64,000 nt of DNA from NCBI GenBank assembly GCA_965368165.1, contig CBDULT010000003.1:133474-197473 (forward strand), given 5' to 3'. This stretch comes from an uncultured Thalassospiraceae bacterium (GTDB lineage Bacteria > Pseudomonadota > Alphaproteobacteria > Rhodospirillales > JAPHRK01). The first letter of the stretch is position 1. Every line of letters starts with the position of its first letter. The notes below the pieces were generated by a model. It ran no database searches. It was not told the origin of the DNA and saw only the letters and a program-made list of their open reading frames with translations. This document shows positions 19,273 through 30,038 of this stretch, piece after piece. The position numbers were made by a program, and so were the translations under genes.

Positions 19273-22200
19273 TTCGTTTTTGCGCGGCTCATCCAACCAT
19301 TTCAAACCTGATGATGATTGGTTTTTTTGTTGTCGGTATTATCGCGGCCCCTCAATTGCTCCGAGAAACCTTTCCTCGGGTCCAGCCCCGTAAGGTAGAA
19401 GTTAAAGTGCTCTATCCAGGGGCTAGTGCTGAAGAGGTGGAAGAGGCTGTTTGCCGTCCCATTGAAGATGCTGTCGATAAGGTCAACAATGTGGATGAGA
19501 TTGCTTGTGAATCTCGTGAAGGAATCGGCAAAGCAACGGTGGAAATGAGTGAAGGGAAAGACTTCGATAAATTTTTCACCGACGTCAAATCAGAAATTGA
19601 AGCGGTTACGACCTTTCCGGATATTTCAGAAACCCCGGTGACCAAACAATTAGGGCGCACCGATTTTGTCGCTTCTGTGGCGATTACAGGCCCTGCTAGT
19701 TTGCCAGCTTTAAAAGCCTACGCTCAAGACGTCAAAGACCGCATGCTCCGGTGGGGAACAATTTCCCAAGTATCTATCACTGGGTTCTCTCAACACCAAA
19801 TTCGTATTGAACTAAATGATGCCACCCTGCGTCAATTTGGCTTGAGTGCCCAAGATATTGCCAGTTCAATTTCAAAACAAAGCATAGACTTACCCCTGGG
19901 AACCATTGAAACCAGTGAAAGAGAAATTTTGGTTCGCTATGCCGATCAGCGTCGTCGTTTGATTGAGTTTGAAGACCTAATTGTTGTTTCAGGAAGCCTG
20001 GGAGGACAAATACGCCTTGGGGATATCGCCCAGATTTCTGATGCGTTTGAATTGGATGAAAGCAAAAGCATATTCAACGGCCAGCGAGCTGCTATTCTCG
20101 ATATTTCCAAAACTGAAACCGAAGACCAACTCAAAGCCATTGAAGCCGTTAACGCCTTTATTGCCAATGAAAATGCGATAATGCCTAAAAGCGTGCGGCT
20201 CACGCTCACGAACGACCTTTCGTCCATCGTTCAAGACCGACTGGATTTATTGCTCTCAAACGGCGTGCAGGGTTTGATTTTAGTCTTTGCTGCTATGTGG
20301 TTGTTCTTCGGACTCCGTTTCTCCTTTTGGGTGGCTATGGGATTGCCGGTCTCCTTTATGGGAGGCATTGGTCTCATGCTTGCTGTGGGCTATTCCATTA
20401 ATATGTTGACCATGGTTGGTCTTTTGATTGCGATCGGCGTGCTGATGGATGATGCCATCGTCATCTCAGAAAACGTTGCCGCCCACCGTCAGAAGGGGAA
20501 GTCTCCCTTAGAATCTGCGGTGGACGGTGCCAAAGAAGTCCTTCCTGGTGTTTTGTCATCCTTTGCGACAACGGCTTGCATTTTTGGCTCTCTGGTTTTC
20601 CTGCAAGGGAACATGGGGGAGATTCTAAAAGTTGTCCCTGTTGTAATGCTCTTTGTCCTGACAGTAAGTCTAATTGAAGCCTTTCTTATCCTGCCGAGTC
20701 ACCTCCACCATACCTTAGAGCATTTGACGATAGAACGCCCCACAGGCATTAGGGGCAAGATGGAAGATTTAATAGATTTTCTGCGTCGGAATATCATTGG
20801 CAAATACTCCCAGCTTGCCATTCGCTGGCGTTATATGACTATTGGTATTGCCCTTGGTGTTTTGATCCTTTCTGCGGCTATGCCTGCTAGTGGACTTCTT
20901 AAATTTGTCGCCTTCCCTGATTTGGAAGGGGATGTGATCGAGGCGCGAATTCTCTTGCCTCAAGGCACGCCACTTGCCAGGACTGAAGCGATTGTTGACA
21001 AAATGGTTAAGGCTGTTGCGGCCGTTGACAAAAAACTTACCCCCGACCAGCCTGGTCAGCAACAGTATGTCCGCAATGTTATGGTGACCTACAATAAAAA
21101 CAAAGATGCTTTTGAGGAAGGCCCTCATGTTGCGACAGTGACGGTTGATCTTCTCAGTGCGGAGATAAGGAATAACTCCATTGATGAAATGGTTGCTATT
21201 TTGCGTCAAGAGGTTGGGGCCGTTCCGGATGTATTGAACATTAAGTATGCGGAACCAGCCATAGGTCCTGCCGGGTTACCCATCGATATTCGGATTATTG
21301 GTGATGATTTGAATGATCTCAAGGCGGCCTCCACCGAACTGGTGGAATGGTTACGCCGTTATGAAGGAACGTTGGACATCAATGATGATCTTCGCCCTGG
21401 TAAGCCTGAATTACGTATCCGCTTGCGTGAAGGGGCCTTGAGCCTTGGTGTTGATTCTAAAATGCTTGCCGATCAGCTTCGTTCCGCATTCTATGGCGCG
21501 ACGGCAAATGAGGTCCAGGTCGGCCCTGAATCCCTTGATGTTGATATCCAGTTAAAGGCCGAAGATCGCGATAGCCTGGCTGATTTAGACTATTTTGTTG
21601 TGACTGGAAAAGGAGGAGCCCAAATTCCTCTGTCTGTGGTTGCCCATGTTGAAGAAGGGCGGGGGGTGGCACGGATCAACCGGGTTGATCACCGTCGGGT
21701 GGTAACGATCCAGGGTGAGATTGATATGGCGATTGCCAATGCCGATGCCATTGTCAAAGATACGACGGCGAAGTTTGTTCCCGGCTTACTTAAGCGTTAT
21801 CCTGGAATTGAGTTTTCAGTCCAAGGGCAGAATAAAGAAGTCGGCAAGACACAAAAATCCATGCTCCGTGGCTTTGTGGTTGGCCTTATTGGGGTGTTCA
21901 TCCTGCTCAGTTTCCAGTTTAGAAGCTATGTGGAACCTCTTGTGGTTATGGTGGCGATTCCCTTTGCATTTGTCGGTGTGGTGTGGGGGCATGTGATTAT
22001 GGGCTTAGACATTTCAATGCCCAGCATGATGGGTTTTGTCTCATTGGCGGGAATTGTGGTGAATAACTCGATCTTATTGGTGGCTTTTACCAAGATACGC
22101 CATGGTGAAGGAATGTCTATTGCAGATGCTGCTGGGGCGGCAAGTAAAGGCCGTTTCAGGGCTATCTTCCTGACATCTATCACCACGATTGCAGGGTTGT

Positions 22201-22400
22201 TACCAATTTTGTTTGAGACCAGCCTTCAGGCTCAGGTTCTCATCCCGTTGGTTACCAGTATTGCCTTCGGTCTCATCGCTTCCGCCCTCTTAGTGCTCTT
22301 TGTCATCCCCGCCCTCTATGTCATTTTAGACGATTTAGGGCTGAGTACTTTATCAAAGGATGACGAAAGAGCGGAAGAAGTTGAAGGGGTAATTAGTTAG
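19269..22400 (+). CDS. RND family efflux permease (AcrB/CzcA superfamily)
   Basis: 1043 aa with 12 TM helices in two halves and large periplasmic loops; ACR_tran-like throughout. Confidence 0.9.
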   Translation: MIRFCAAHPTISNLMMIGFFVVGIIAAPQLLRETFPRVQPRKVEVKVLYPGASAEEVEEAVCRPIEDAVDKVNNVDEIACESREGIGKATVEMSEGKDFDKFFTDVKSEIEAVTTFPDISETPVTKQLGRTDFVASVAITGPASLPALKAYAQDVKDRMLRWGTISQVSITGFSQHQIRIELNDATLRQFGLSAQDIASSISKQSIDLPLGTIETSEREILVRYADQRRRLIEFEDLIVVSGSLGGQIRLGDIAQISDAFELDESKSIFNGQRAAILDISKTETEDQLKAIEAVNAFIANENAIMPKSVRLTLTNDLSSIVQDRLDLLLSNGVQGLILVFAAMWLFFGLRFSFWVAMGLPVSFMGGIGLMLAVGYSINMLTMVGLLIAIGVLMDDAIVISENVAAHRQKGKSPLESAVDGAKEVLPGVLSSFATTACIFGSLVFLQGNMGEILKVVPVVMLFVLTVSLIEAFLILPSHLHHTLEHLTIERPTGIRGKMEDLIDFLRRNIIGKYSQLAIRWRYMTIGIALGVLILSAAMPASGLLKFVAFPDLEGDVIEARILLPQGTPLARTEAIVDKMVKAVAAVDKKLTPDQPGQQQYVRNVMVTYNKNKDAFEEGPHVATVTVDLLSAEIRNNSIDEMVAILRQEVGAVPDVLNIKYAEPAIGPAGLPIDIRIIGDDLNDLKAASTELVEWLRRYEGTLDINDDLRPGKPELRIRLREGALSLGVDSKMLADQLRSAFYGATANEVQVGPESLDVDIQLKAEDRDSLADLDYFVVTGKGGAQIPLSVVAHVEEGRGVARINRVDHRRVVTIQGEIDMAIANADAIVKDTTAKFVPGLLKRYPGIEFSVQGQNKEVGKTQKSMLRGFVVGLIGVFILLSFQFRSYVEPLVVMVAIPFAFVGVVWGHVIMGLDISMPSMMGFVSLAGIVVNNSILLVAFTKIRHGEGMSIADAAGAASKGRFRAIFLTSITTIAGLLPILFETSLQAQVLIPLVTSIAFGLIASALLVLFVIPALYVILDDLGLSTLSKDDERAEEVEGVIS

Positions 22401-23016
22401 GGTTTTTATGCATTTCCTTGATCAAGTAAGCAAAGGCACGGGAAACCCTTTGGGCTCTGGACAGTTCAATAAAGCTTATTGACCATTCATTTGCTTTGCT
22501 CATCTCACGGGGAGAATTGTTTTCGAGTTTTTCTTCAAACTCGTTTTTCACCTGCCGAAATGAAGTGAATGAACTGTCAGCATCTGTTTCTTCAACTTTG
22601 ATTGTGGCGACAGACATGCAGTCTTTTACTTTGCAGCGGATAATGAGCCGTGCGCCGTAATCTTCAGTCACAATTTCATTTTCAGGATCTAAGCCGGCGA
22701 AGGGCATTGAGGTAATGTAGTTTGCTTTTAGGGCTTTGTATTTGTCTTTGCCTTCAAGCATGCCGCGCTCATCAATAGTTTCGTTGAGAATAAAATGGTT
22801 TTTTTCGACTTTAGCGCGGGTCCGATTGCTCCTTGAGACTTTATATCCCTTTTCATCGACCCGGTCTAAGTGGTTGTAGCCCCCATAGTGGGGGATTTGT
22901 TCAAGCAAAAACTTAATGGCCATGCGAGGGGTTGGCAAATTGGGGTTGGGTTCTTCGGCTTGGGCATTAAAGACCAATCCGAGGGAGAGCAAAGCTGATA
23001 CTGAAAGAAGGCGCAT
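22393..23016 (-). CDS. Secreted hypothetical protein
   Basis: Signal peptide (LGLVFNAQA-EE) and no recognisable domain. The 3' end overlaps the RND gene end by 8 nt (convergent). Confidence 0.5.
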   Translation of the reverse strand: MRLLSVSALLSLGLVFNAQAEEPNPNLPTPRMAIKFLLEQIPHYGGYNHLDRVDEKGYKVSRSNRTRAKVEKNHFILNETIDERGMLEGKDKYKALKANYITSMPFAGLDPENEIVTEDYGARLIIRCKVKDCMSVATIKVEETDADSSFTSFRQVKNEFEEKLENNSPREMSKANEWSISFIELSRAQRVSRAFAYLIKEMHKNPN

Positions 23017-23185
23017 GATAAATTGAGCTACATAGTTATTTCTAAAAGGTGGCGAAACCTATCACAGGTGGATGGTTAGGCAAAGGGTCGTAAAACCCTA
23101 TATTTTTTCTGGATATTCAGGCTGGAATACCTATCTGTAATCATAAGCACTCCTTTGGGGAGGGCGTCGAGCTGAATAGCAAAAG

Positions 23186-23473
23186 GTGAAAGCAATGAGG
23201 TATTCGAGAGAGGAGTTAAATCGCCATATGGATGGAGGTGAAAGCTCCAGTGAAGAACGGCGATTGGAAGAAGAAAGGCGACTGGAAAATGGGCGTCGGC
23301 AAAATATGGAACGCCGTTATGGAAAACCGGCGCAATGGAATAAGGTGAATCTCTCTCTAGAAGACCAGCAAGACGTGACGAAAAGAGGTGATTATTTTGT
23401 CCCCCGGACTGAAGAAGAACGTCGCCATGCGGAAGACCGTCGTAGTGAATACGCTCGGCGTGATGGGGATTAG
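23186..23473 (+). CDS. Small Arg/Glu-rich protein with repeated E-R-R motifs
   Basis: EERRLEEERRLENGRRQNMERRYG ... EEERRHAEDRRSEYARRDGD. Coding status rests only on ORF length and position. Confidence 0.35.
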   Translation: MKAMRYSREELNRHMDGGESSSEERRLEEERRLENGRRQNMERRYGKPAQWNKVNLSLEDQQDVTKRGDYFVPRTEEERRHAEDRRSEYARRDGD

Positions 23474-23479
23474 TTTTAC

Positions 23480-23764
23480 TTGATGAACATTGCTATAGCC
23501 CTGGAAAGTCTTGAGGGCTGGAAACAAGAAGAAGGGCGGCAAGCTATCCGTCGAACGTTTGTTTTTGATAATTTCGCCCAGGCCTTTGGCTTTATGACCC
23601 GGTGCGCCGAGCAAGCCGAGGTGATGAACCATCATCCAGAATGGTCCAATATTTACAATCGTGTTGATGTCACCTTAACTACCCATGACTCCGGTGGGGT
23701 GACAGAAAAAGACATTGCTCTGGCACAGTTTATGAACCTGACCGCTGGGCACGACGTTCAATAA
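23480..23764 (+). CDS. phhB: Pterin-4-alpha-carbinolamine dehydratase
   Basis: [25 protein letters not shown] is the PCD/DCoH signature. Confidence 0.85.
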   Translation: MMNIAIALESLEGWKQEEGRQAIRRTFVFDNFAQAFGFMTRCAEQAEVMNHHPEWSNIYNRVDVTLTTHDSGGVTEKDIALAQFMNLTAGHDVQ

Positions 23765-24629
23765 AACCTCTTAAGTGTTCTGGTGTTTCCGCCATATGAG
23801 TGTACTTGTCAAATTGACTGGTGATGAGGGTCAGGCGGTCGGTGAATGGCGGTGGGTTGGAGGTGTCGAGTAAAGGCTCTGCCATGGCAGCAAAGCTTGC
23901 GCTTTGAAATTCCAAAGAGAGGCTGATACGGGGTTCTGTTGCCATAGCCGAACTCCGTCCGCTCCAATGCCAGAGGTCTTGGGGCCATCCAAGGACAGAG
24001 CCAGTTTTGGCTGGCAAGGCCCGGACATCTTGCAGTTTTATCTGCTTCGCATCGGTGATTGGCGGTTCATATTGGGCCTCGAAGGGACGGGGGAGAACAT
24101 GCATGCAGCCGTTTTCTGGTGTGGTATCGGTCAGGGGAACCCATAAAGACAGGCTCATCAGTATATCGTCAAAACGTGTTTCTCCCACACAATCCACATG
24201 GGGCGGCCAGCCCGCACTGTCTTTGTCAATTGTAATATGCCAAGCCCAAAGATGGGGCAGGAGGGCGGGTTGGTCTCCCAGGAAATGAGAGATGAGATTT
24301 TTTAAACGGTGAAAAACCTGCCAGGGCGCATCGTAGAGATAGATAAAGACGGGCGGGAAGTCTTCTGCGGTCAAAGTTTTAATGCCCTGCCTGAGGGCTG
24401 TTAGCTCGTCGCCCTCAAATACAGGCGGCAGGTGCAAATAACCCTCACGCCAGAAAATATCAGATATTTCGCTTAGTTGCTCCTTACTAAAGGTGAGAGG
24501 CACTGGGAAGGGACTGGTTGATTCAATCTCTAAAGCCGGGTTGAGCCGCTGCCAAAACGAGATATCTTCTATATGATTCACAATTTCTACTCTTGCAGAT
24601 GAAAAGATAATCTTCGATAAGGGACTCAT
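23730..24629 (-). CDS. Hypothetical protein, possibly PhyH-like Fe(II)/2OG dioxygenase
   Basis: HxD-like WPPHVDC plus a later His (LWHWSG). Only a weak family impression. Confidence 0.4.
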   Translation of the reverse strand: MSPLSKIIFSSARVEIVNHIEDISFWQRLNPALEIESTSPFPVPLTFSKEQLSEISDIFWREGYLHLPPVFEGDELTALRQGIKTLTAEDFPPVFIYLYDAPWQVFHRLKNLISHFLGDQPALLPHLWAWHITIDKDSAGWPPHVDCVGETRFDDILMSLSLWVPLTDTTPENGCMHVLPRPFEAQYEPPITDAKQIKLQDVRALPAKTGSVLGWPQDLWHWSGRSSAMATEPRISLSLEFQSASFAAMAEPLLDTSNPPPFTDRLTLITSQFDKYTHMAETPEHLRGFIERRAQRSGS

Positions 24630-25206
24630 GGATAAAAAACAAGCACCAGGTTGGCTCAGACCAACCGTTGATTACGGCCCAATCTTTGTATTCTTTGCAG
24701 CCTACTACGTAGGTGGCCTGTTTACAGCAACTGCCGCAATCATGATTACGACAGCCATCTCCCTGGTTTTATCGTTCATTTTTGAGCGGCGTATTCCAAT
24801 GATGCCCTTGATCACAGCTTTGGTTGTTGGCGTTTTTGGGGGGTTAACCTTGTGGCTTAAAGACGATACTTTTATCAAAATGAAGCCGACAATTGTGCAG
24901 GGAATGTTCTCTGTGATTTTGTTTGGTGGAATGGCCTTTGGTAAAAATTTCCTCAAATCTCTTATGGGAACATCCTGGCAAATGGAAGATGAGGGATGGC
25001 GAAAATTAACCTTTCGTTTTGCGTTGTTTTTCGCCGTTATGGCTGTTGTTAACGAAGCCGTCTGGCGGACTCAAACAACGGATTTTTGGGTTAATTATAA
25101 GGTTTTCGGGATAATGGGTTTAACCATGGTTTTTGTCATGACCCAACTCCCCTTGCTTAATCGCTACAACACTGCCGAAGAGGATGATACCGATGCCTCA
25201 ACTTGA
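24628..25206 (+). CDS. yciB: Intracellular septation protein A family (YciB/IspZ)
   Basis: Five TM helices; YciB-like N-terminus (DYGPIFVFFAAYY) and length. Confidence 0.75.
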   Translation: MDKKQAPGWLRPTVDYGPIFVFFAAYYVGGLFTATAAIMITTAISLVLSFIFERRIPMMPLITALVVGVFGGLTLWLKDDTFIKMKPTIVQGMFSVILFGGMAFGKNFLKSLMGTSWQMEDEGWRKLTFRFALFFAVMAVVNEAVWRTQTTDFWVNYKVFGIMGLTMVFVMTQLPLLNRYNTAEEDDTDAST

Positions 25207-25558
25207 GTTGGATACATGGCAATTGGTTCGGGTAATGGTTTACCTTGAAGAACAAGACAGCCAAAACTCGTTGCTTAAACGGTGGGGCGATATCTGGCAG
25301 GACCTGGATAAAAAACTGGCTGAACTTAGCGAAAACGACTTTGAAGCTTATTCAGACCTGATGATGAATCAAAATGTAGTTTTTGAACATACCTCAAAGG
25401 ATGATGTGACCCAGGTTTTAAAGGCCTTGGATGGCGTGATCGTGCAAATGAAAGGGATGGTTAAAACTCAAAAGCTTGATGAAATGCAAAAAGATAACCT
25501 GGATTTTGAGATTGCTGAGTTGCAATCACTCCGTCGCCGTTTCAAGTTGCTTGCGTAA
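25184..25558 (+). CDS. Hypothetical protein
   Basis: 124-aa acidic helical ORF overlapping the yciB end by 23 nt; no domain recognised. Confidence 0.4.
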   Translation: MIPMPQLELDTWQLVRVMVYLEEQDSQNSLLKRWGDIWQDLDKKLAELSENDFEAYSDLMMNQNVVFEHTSKDDVTQVLKALDGVIVQMKGMVKTQKLDEMQKDNLDFEIAELQSLRRRFKLLA

Positions 25559-26116
25559 GGTGCCAACCTGAGCGGTGAGTTGATTGCGCAACTCGGTTCC
25601 TTCGTCCCGTTTGGCCTTTTGTTTGACCATTTCTTTTGCTGCCCCTTCCATCTCTTTAACCCGATCAGCCAATAACTTATCCAGTTTTTTCAATTTCCAA
25701 TCCAGGCTCTTGATGTTGGCGAGACGGTCTTCGCGGCGATTGGCTTTGTAACGGCGATAAGCTTTCCAGACAAAGTAGGAACTAAGTGCCCCCATCAACA
25801 ACATTCCTCCGGCAAAGAAGGCCATACCTTCTAAAGTTTTGTTGGGGGAATTTGAGAAAGCTAAAACCGTCCCCCACATGCCGATGGTGATGACGCCTGC
25901 TACCGCCATGGCGAGAACTTTTGTGACAAAGTTATCATTTTCTCGCCAGGTTTTTTCGTCTTCAAGGATCGCATGGGTGATTTCAACCCGGGCCATATCT
26001 TGCCACTTGCGAAAATTCATCCCGCCTCTTTCTGTTCGTCCTTCACGGATGAACATCTCAAGCTGATGAATGATGACTTGCGCCCGCTCGTCGGGGGTTG
26101 GGTTGTGTACGTCCAC
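25526..26116 (-). CDS. Hypothetical membrane protein with C-terminal coiled coil
   Basis: Two central TM helices and a Lys/Glu-rich helical tail. Confidence 0.45.
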   Translation of the reverse strand: MDVHNPTPDERAQVIIHQLEMFIREGRTERGGMNFRKWQDMARVEITHAILEDEKTWRENDNFVTKVLAMAVAGVITIGMWGTVLAFSNSPNKTLEGMAFFAGGMLLMGALSSYFVWKAYRRYKANRREDRLANIKSLDWKLKKLDKLLADRVKEMEGAAKEMVKQKAKRDEGTELRNQLTAQVGTLRKQLETATE

Positions 26117-26269
26117 TGTGGTTAACCTGTTATCGCTTCAATAGATAAGGAAAGTTGTTAAGTATATCCCAGGTTGGTTAAGAAAACTTTTCAATCAAAA
26201 ACGTTTGTTCCCAAACTAATTTTAGATTAGGAAAGGGGGTAACAGACAGTTTTTAATGAGGTAATAGAT

Positions 26270-27697
26270 ATGTTTATTAATGGTCAGTGGAAGCAATCAG
26301 CCGACGGAACAACCTTCGACGTTTTAAATCCAGCAAATGGTGAAAAAATTCAAGAAGTGCCCAATGGGGGCGTTGCAGAAGCGCGTGAAGCTATAGACGC
26401 GGCTGAGGCAGCCTTTAAGGATTGGTCTAAAACCACAGCCTACAAACGCTCTGATTACCTTTATAAAGCTTATCAGTTGATGGTTGAGCAGAAAGAAGAC
26501 TTGGCTCGGATTATGACTGAGGAGCAAGGAAAGTCTTTGAAAGCAGCCCGTAATGAAGTGCAATATGGGGCCGATTTCCTGCTTTGGTATGCGGAAGAAG
26601 CGAAACGGGTCAATGGGGAAATACTGCCTTCTGCCCGTGCTGACCAACGGCTCATGGTGTTGCGCCAGCCTGTTGGTGTTGTTGCGGCTATCACCCCCTG
26701 GAATTACCCGATCTCCATGGTTACTCGTAAGATTGCTCCCGCTTTGGCTGCCGGCTGTACAGTTGTTTTAAAACCTGCCGAAGCCACCCCCTTATGTGCC
26801 ATTGCTATGTTCAAAATTTTTGAAGCGGCTGGTATTCCTGCTGGGGTGGTTAATCTGGTGACGGCCGAAGATCCAAAACTCATTGGGGCTGAATTCACCT
26901 CAAACCCCGCCGTTCGCAAATTAACTTTCACGGGTTCTACAGGTGTCGGCAAAATGCTTGCCGGAGAAGCCGGGAAGCATGTGAAACGTATTTCCCTAGA
27001 GCTCGGCGGGCATGCTCCCTTTGTGGTTTTTGATGATGCGGACCCAGAGTATGCGGCAAAAGGTGGTTTGCTGGCTAAATTCCTTAATTCAGGACAGGCC
27101 TGTATCAGCCCGAATCGCTTTTTTGTCCATCGCTCAGTCCATGATCGCTTTGTGGCGACCTTTAAGGAGCGAGTCGCCAAAATGAAGGCGGGAAGTGGTT
27201 TTGAAGAGGGGGTCACCATTGGCCCATTGGTTAATCAGGTTGCGATCGACAAGGTTGACCGTCAAGTAAAAGACGCCGTTGCCAAAGGGGCTGAGTTAAT
27301 CGCGGGAGGACAAGTTTTAACCAACGATGGTTTGGATAAAGGCTTCTTCTATGCGCCAACAATTTTGGCGAACGTCACCCCCGATATGGCGATCTTTCGT
27401 GAGGAAACCTTTGGTCCTGTGGCCCCAATTATTGTTTTTGATGATGAGGCACAAGTCCTTGAAATGGCTAACGATACCAACTATGGCCTCGCGGCATATG
27501 TCTTTACCAGAGATATTTCTCGTGCCATGCGCATGTTTGAAGGGCTTCAGTACGGCATCATTGGTATCAATGATATTAACCCAACCTCTGCTGCGGCTCC
27601 GTTTGGGGGCATGAAAGAAAGTGGCCTGGGTCGCGAAGGAGCACATGAAGGGATTCTTGAATATCTGGAAACGAAGCTCGGTGGTTTTTCAGTATAA
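26270..27697 (+). CDS. gabD: NAD(P)-dependent succinate-semialdehyde dehydrogenase
   Basis: Aldehyde dehydrogenase glutamate site ELGGHAP and Cys site FLNSGQACISPNR. High overall GabD likeness. Confidence 0.9.
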   Translation: MFINGQWKQSADGTTFDVLNPANGEKIQEVPNGGVAEAREAIDAAEAAFKDWSKTTAYKRSDYLYKAYQLMVEQKEDLARIMTEEQGKSLKAARNEVQYGADFLLWYAEEAKRVNGEILPSARADQRLMVLRQPVGVVAAITPWNYPISMVTRKIAPALAAGCTVVLKPAEATPLCAIAMFKIFEAAGIPAGVVNLVTAEDPKLIGAEFTSNPAVRKLTFTGSTGVGKMLAGEAGKHVKRISLELGGHAPFVVFDDADPEYAAKGGLLAKFLNSGQACISPNRFFVHRSVHDRFVATFKERVAKMKAGSGFEEGVTIGPLVNQVAIDKVDRQVKDAVAKGAELIAGGQVLTNDGLDKGFFYAPTILANVTPDMAIFREETFGPVAPIIVFDDEAQVLEMANDTNYGLAAYVFTRDISRAMRMFEGLQYGIIGINDINPTSAAAPFGGMKESGLGREGAHEGILEYLETKLGGFSV

Positions 27698-27833
27698 TTT
27701 TAGTAAAATTAGGTTGTTTCTACGGAGAAGCTCAAACTATTGAACGAAGGGAATAAGTTTCTGGATTGAGCTGTGAATCCTGTGCTAAAGTTTTTGATAT
27801 TGATAATCGCCGATCTATATAAGAGTCGAAAAA

Positions 27834-28901
27834 ATGGGTCTCCTATTGGGGCAAGATTTAGAAAAAATACTCGACGAAGTGTCACACGGTGAACGTGCGG
27901 CTGTCGCCAAGAAAGTTGCATCTGAATATAATGCCAATGCCCTTTCTGATAGCGACCGTGAACTTGCTCATTCCATTTTCAAGATTCTTTCAGAAGACCT
28001 TACTGTAAAAGTAAGGTCTTCTCTTTCTGAGAGCCTTAAAGATAGCAAAGATATCCCCCATGAACTTGCCCTCAAGCTCGCCAATGATGTGGTGGATGTT
28101 TCCCTCCCGCTATTAGAATTCTCAGATATCCTGACCGATAGTGATTTGACGCAAATTATCCGAACCAGAGCCTCTGTCGAACAAACCGCAATTGCAAAGC
28201 GTAAAAAAGTTTCAAGCTTTCTTTCAGAAGAACTTGTCACCCATGGGGACGAAGAAGTTGTCACAGCCCTTGTTGAAAATAAAGGCGCTGAAATCGAAGA
28301 AGAGACCTTAGACAAGGTTATTGATAACTATAGTAACGTTGAAGCCATAAACGTTGGAATGGTATTTAGGGATTCTCTCCCCATCAATATTGCAGAACGC
28401 CTGGTGGCTATTGTTACTGATGAAATTCGTATGTATCTGGTTTCAACCCATGAAGTGCGCGATAGCATCCTTGAAGACGCGGTTTTACAAGGGCGTGAAA
28501 ATACCGTTGCCAACCTTCTTCAACAAACCAACAAACCCGTTAGGGATGTGGCCGCTCTGGTAACACAAATGGAAGAAACCGGACGGTTAACGGCCTCAAT
28601 AATTCTTAAGTCTCTAGAGATTTCCGATCTGGATTTCTTTGAATACGGTATTGCAATTAAAGCAAAAGTTCCTGTCCACAATGCGAGAATTCTCTTACGT
28701 GACCAAGGGCATACTGGTTTTTTAGCCCTCTACAAACAAGCTTGCCTGCCTATGGAAGAGTTCGATTGGTGCCATGGGCGGATCGAAGTTCTTTATGGGG
28801 CTAGTGGCGGAAAAACCGTCTATGTTGGCATGTCCCAAAGTACCTTCGATGAAACGGGCGGTGAAGGATTTGTCGATGATTCCTGGATCGATGTTACTTA
28901 A
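27834..28901 (+). CDS. DUF2336-like helical repeat protein
   Basis: Repeated HEAT-like helices (ELALKLANDVVDVSLPLLEFSDILTDSDL) as in alphaproteobacterial DUF2336 proteins; from memory. Confidence 0.55.
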   Translation: MGLLLGQDLEKILDEVSHGERAAVAKKVASEYNANALSDSDRELAHSIFKILSEDLTVKVRSSLSESLKDSKDIPHELALKLANDVVDVSLPLLEFSDILTDSDLTQIIRTRASVEQTAIAKRKKVSSFLSEELVTHGDEEVVTALVENKGAEIEEETLDKVIDNYSNVEAINVGMVFRDSLPINIAERLVAIVTDEIRMYLVSTHEVRDSILEDAVLQGRENTVANLLQQTNKPVRDVAALVTQMEETGRLTASIILKSLEISDLDFFEYGIAIKAKVPVHNARILLRDQGHTGFLALYKQACLPMEEFDWCHGRIEVLYGASGGKTVYVGMSQSTFDETGGEGFVDDSWIDVT

Positions 28902-28916
28902 GACTCTTAAATGGGT

Positions 28917-29462
28917 TTAAACCAATCCGTATAAGTGAGCCATTTCCTGAACATAATCAGGCCAGTTTCCATTTTCAAAGCCCTGCCAAGTTGGGTGTCC
29001 TCCTCGCCAAACATAGGATACGAGTTCGAGGAAGTGTCCTTCACTAAAGGTATAATCCCCTATTGTAACTTCACCTGTTTCTATATGCCCGACCTTTATA
29101 TCCCGAGGCTGGGCATATTTCTTCAAAAGGGTGAGGGTTTCCTCCTGATGAAGATAGCCATCAAGCTTTTGCCTAAAGTTGTCAGGTTTTTCTGGAAATG
29201 GCCATTTACTGTAGAGTTCCCCTAAATAACCGTCATGGCTAACCCCATGGATAGCTCCCATTAGGTCCCCCATTTTTCCATGAGTTTCAATGGCGTGCCC
29301 CGGAATTGTAACAAAAGGCTGGTTGTTTTTGACAGCCATGGCCGCCGGGCAAAAATCGGTGGCAAAAAAGAAGATGTCGTTGAGTAGGAGGGAGTCGGTT
29401 TCGATATTGTAGAACCCAAAAGCGACTTCACCATGACTGTTCGAATTAAAAGCTAACGGCAT
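28917..29462 (-). CDS. Hypothetical protein
   Basis: 181-aa His-rich ORF; no domain recognised. Confidence 0.45.
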   Translation of the reverse strand: MPLAFNSNSHGEVAFGFYNIETDSLLLNDIFFFATDFCPAAMAVKNNQPFVTIPGHAIETHGKMGDLMGAIHGVSHDGYLGELYSKWPFPEKPDNFRQKLDGYLHQEETLTLLKKYAQPRDIKVGHIETGEVTIGDYTFSEGHFLELVSYVWRGGHPTWQGFENGNWPDYVQEMAHLYGLV

Positions 29463-29562
29463 AGCAAGGACTCCTTTGAACAGTTAGAAAGTTTGTGGCA
29501 GTTTAGGGTGTGTTGCTAGAACACACTATATATTCCAATAGGTATTACTAAAGGATTGAACT

Positions 29563-30036
29563 ATGTCCAAGTGGCACGTGCGTTTCTTGAGGTTGGCCCA
29601 TGAGGTTGCGAGTTGGTCTAAAGACCGCTCAACCCAAGTCGGGGCCGTTGTTATTCGCCCAGATAGAACGCCGGGCCCCTACGGCTACAATGGTTTCCCT
29701 CGTTCGGTTGATGATGACCGAGATGATCGCCATGAACGCCCAAATAAGTATGACTGGACCGAACACGCTGAGCGCAATGCCATTTTTAATGCGGCTCGAA
29801 TCGGTGTGCCATTGGAAGATTGTACCATATATGTGACTCATTTTCCATGTACCGATTGCACCAGAGCCATAATCCAGGTGGGAATGAAGAAAGTTGTGGT
29901 TGATGAAGCCAGCCTAGGGGGGGATTTTGGTGAACGCTGGGGCGAAGGTCGGCAAATTTCCCGAGAAATGTTTATGGAGGCCGGGGTTGAAATTGAAATT
30001 GTCCCCATGCCAAAAGATGATGAGAGTACCGACTAA
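29563..30036 (+). CDS. dCMP deaminase family zinc deaminase
   Basis: HAERNA and PCTDCTRAI zinc-binding motifs. Confidence 0.85.
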   Translation: MSKWHVRFLRLAHEVASWSKDRSTQVGAVVIRPDRTPGPYGYNGFPRSVDDDRDDRHERPNKYDWTEHAERNAIFNAARIGVPLEDCTIYVTHFPCTDCTRAIIQVGMKKVVVDEASLGGDFGERWGEGRQISREMFMEAGVEIEIVPMPKDDESTD

Positions 30037-30038
30037 GA

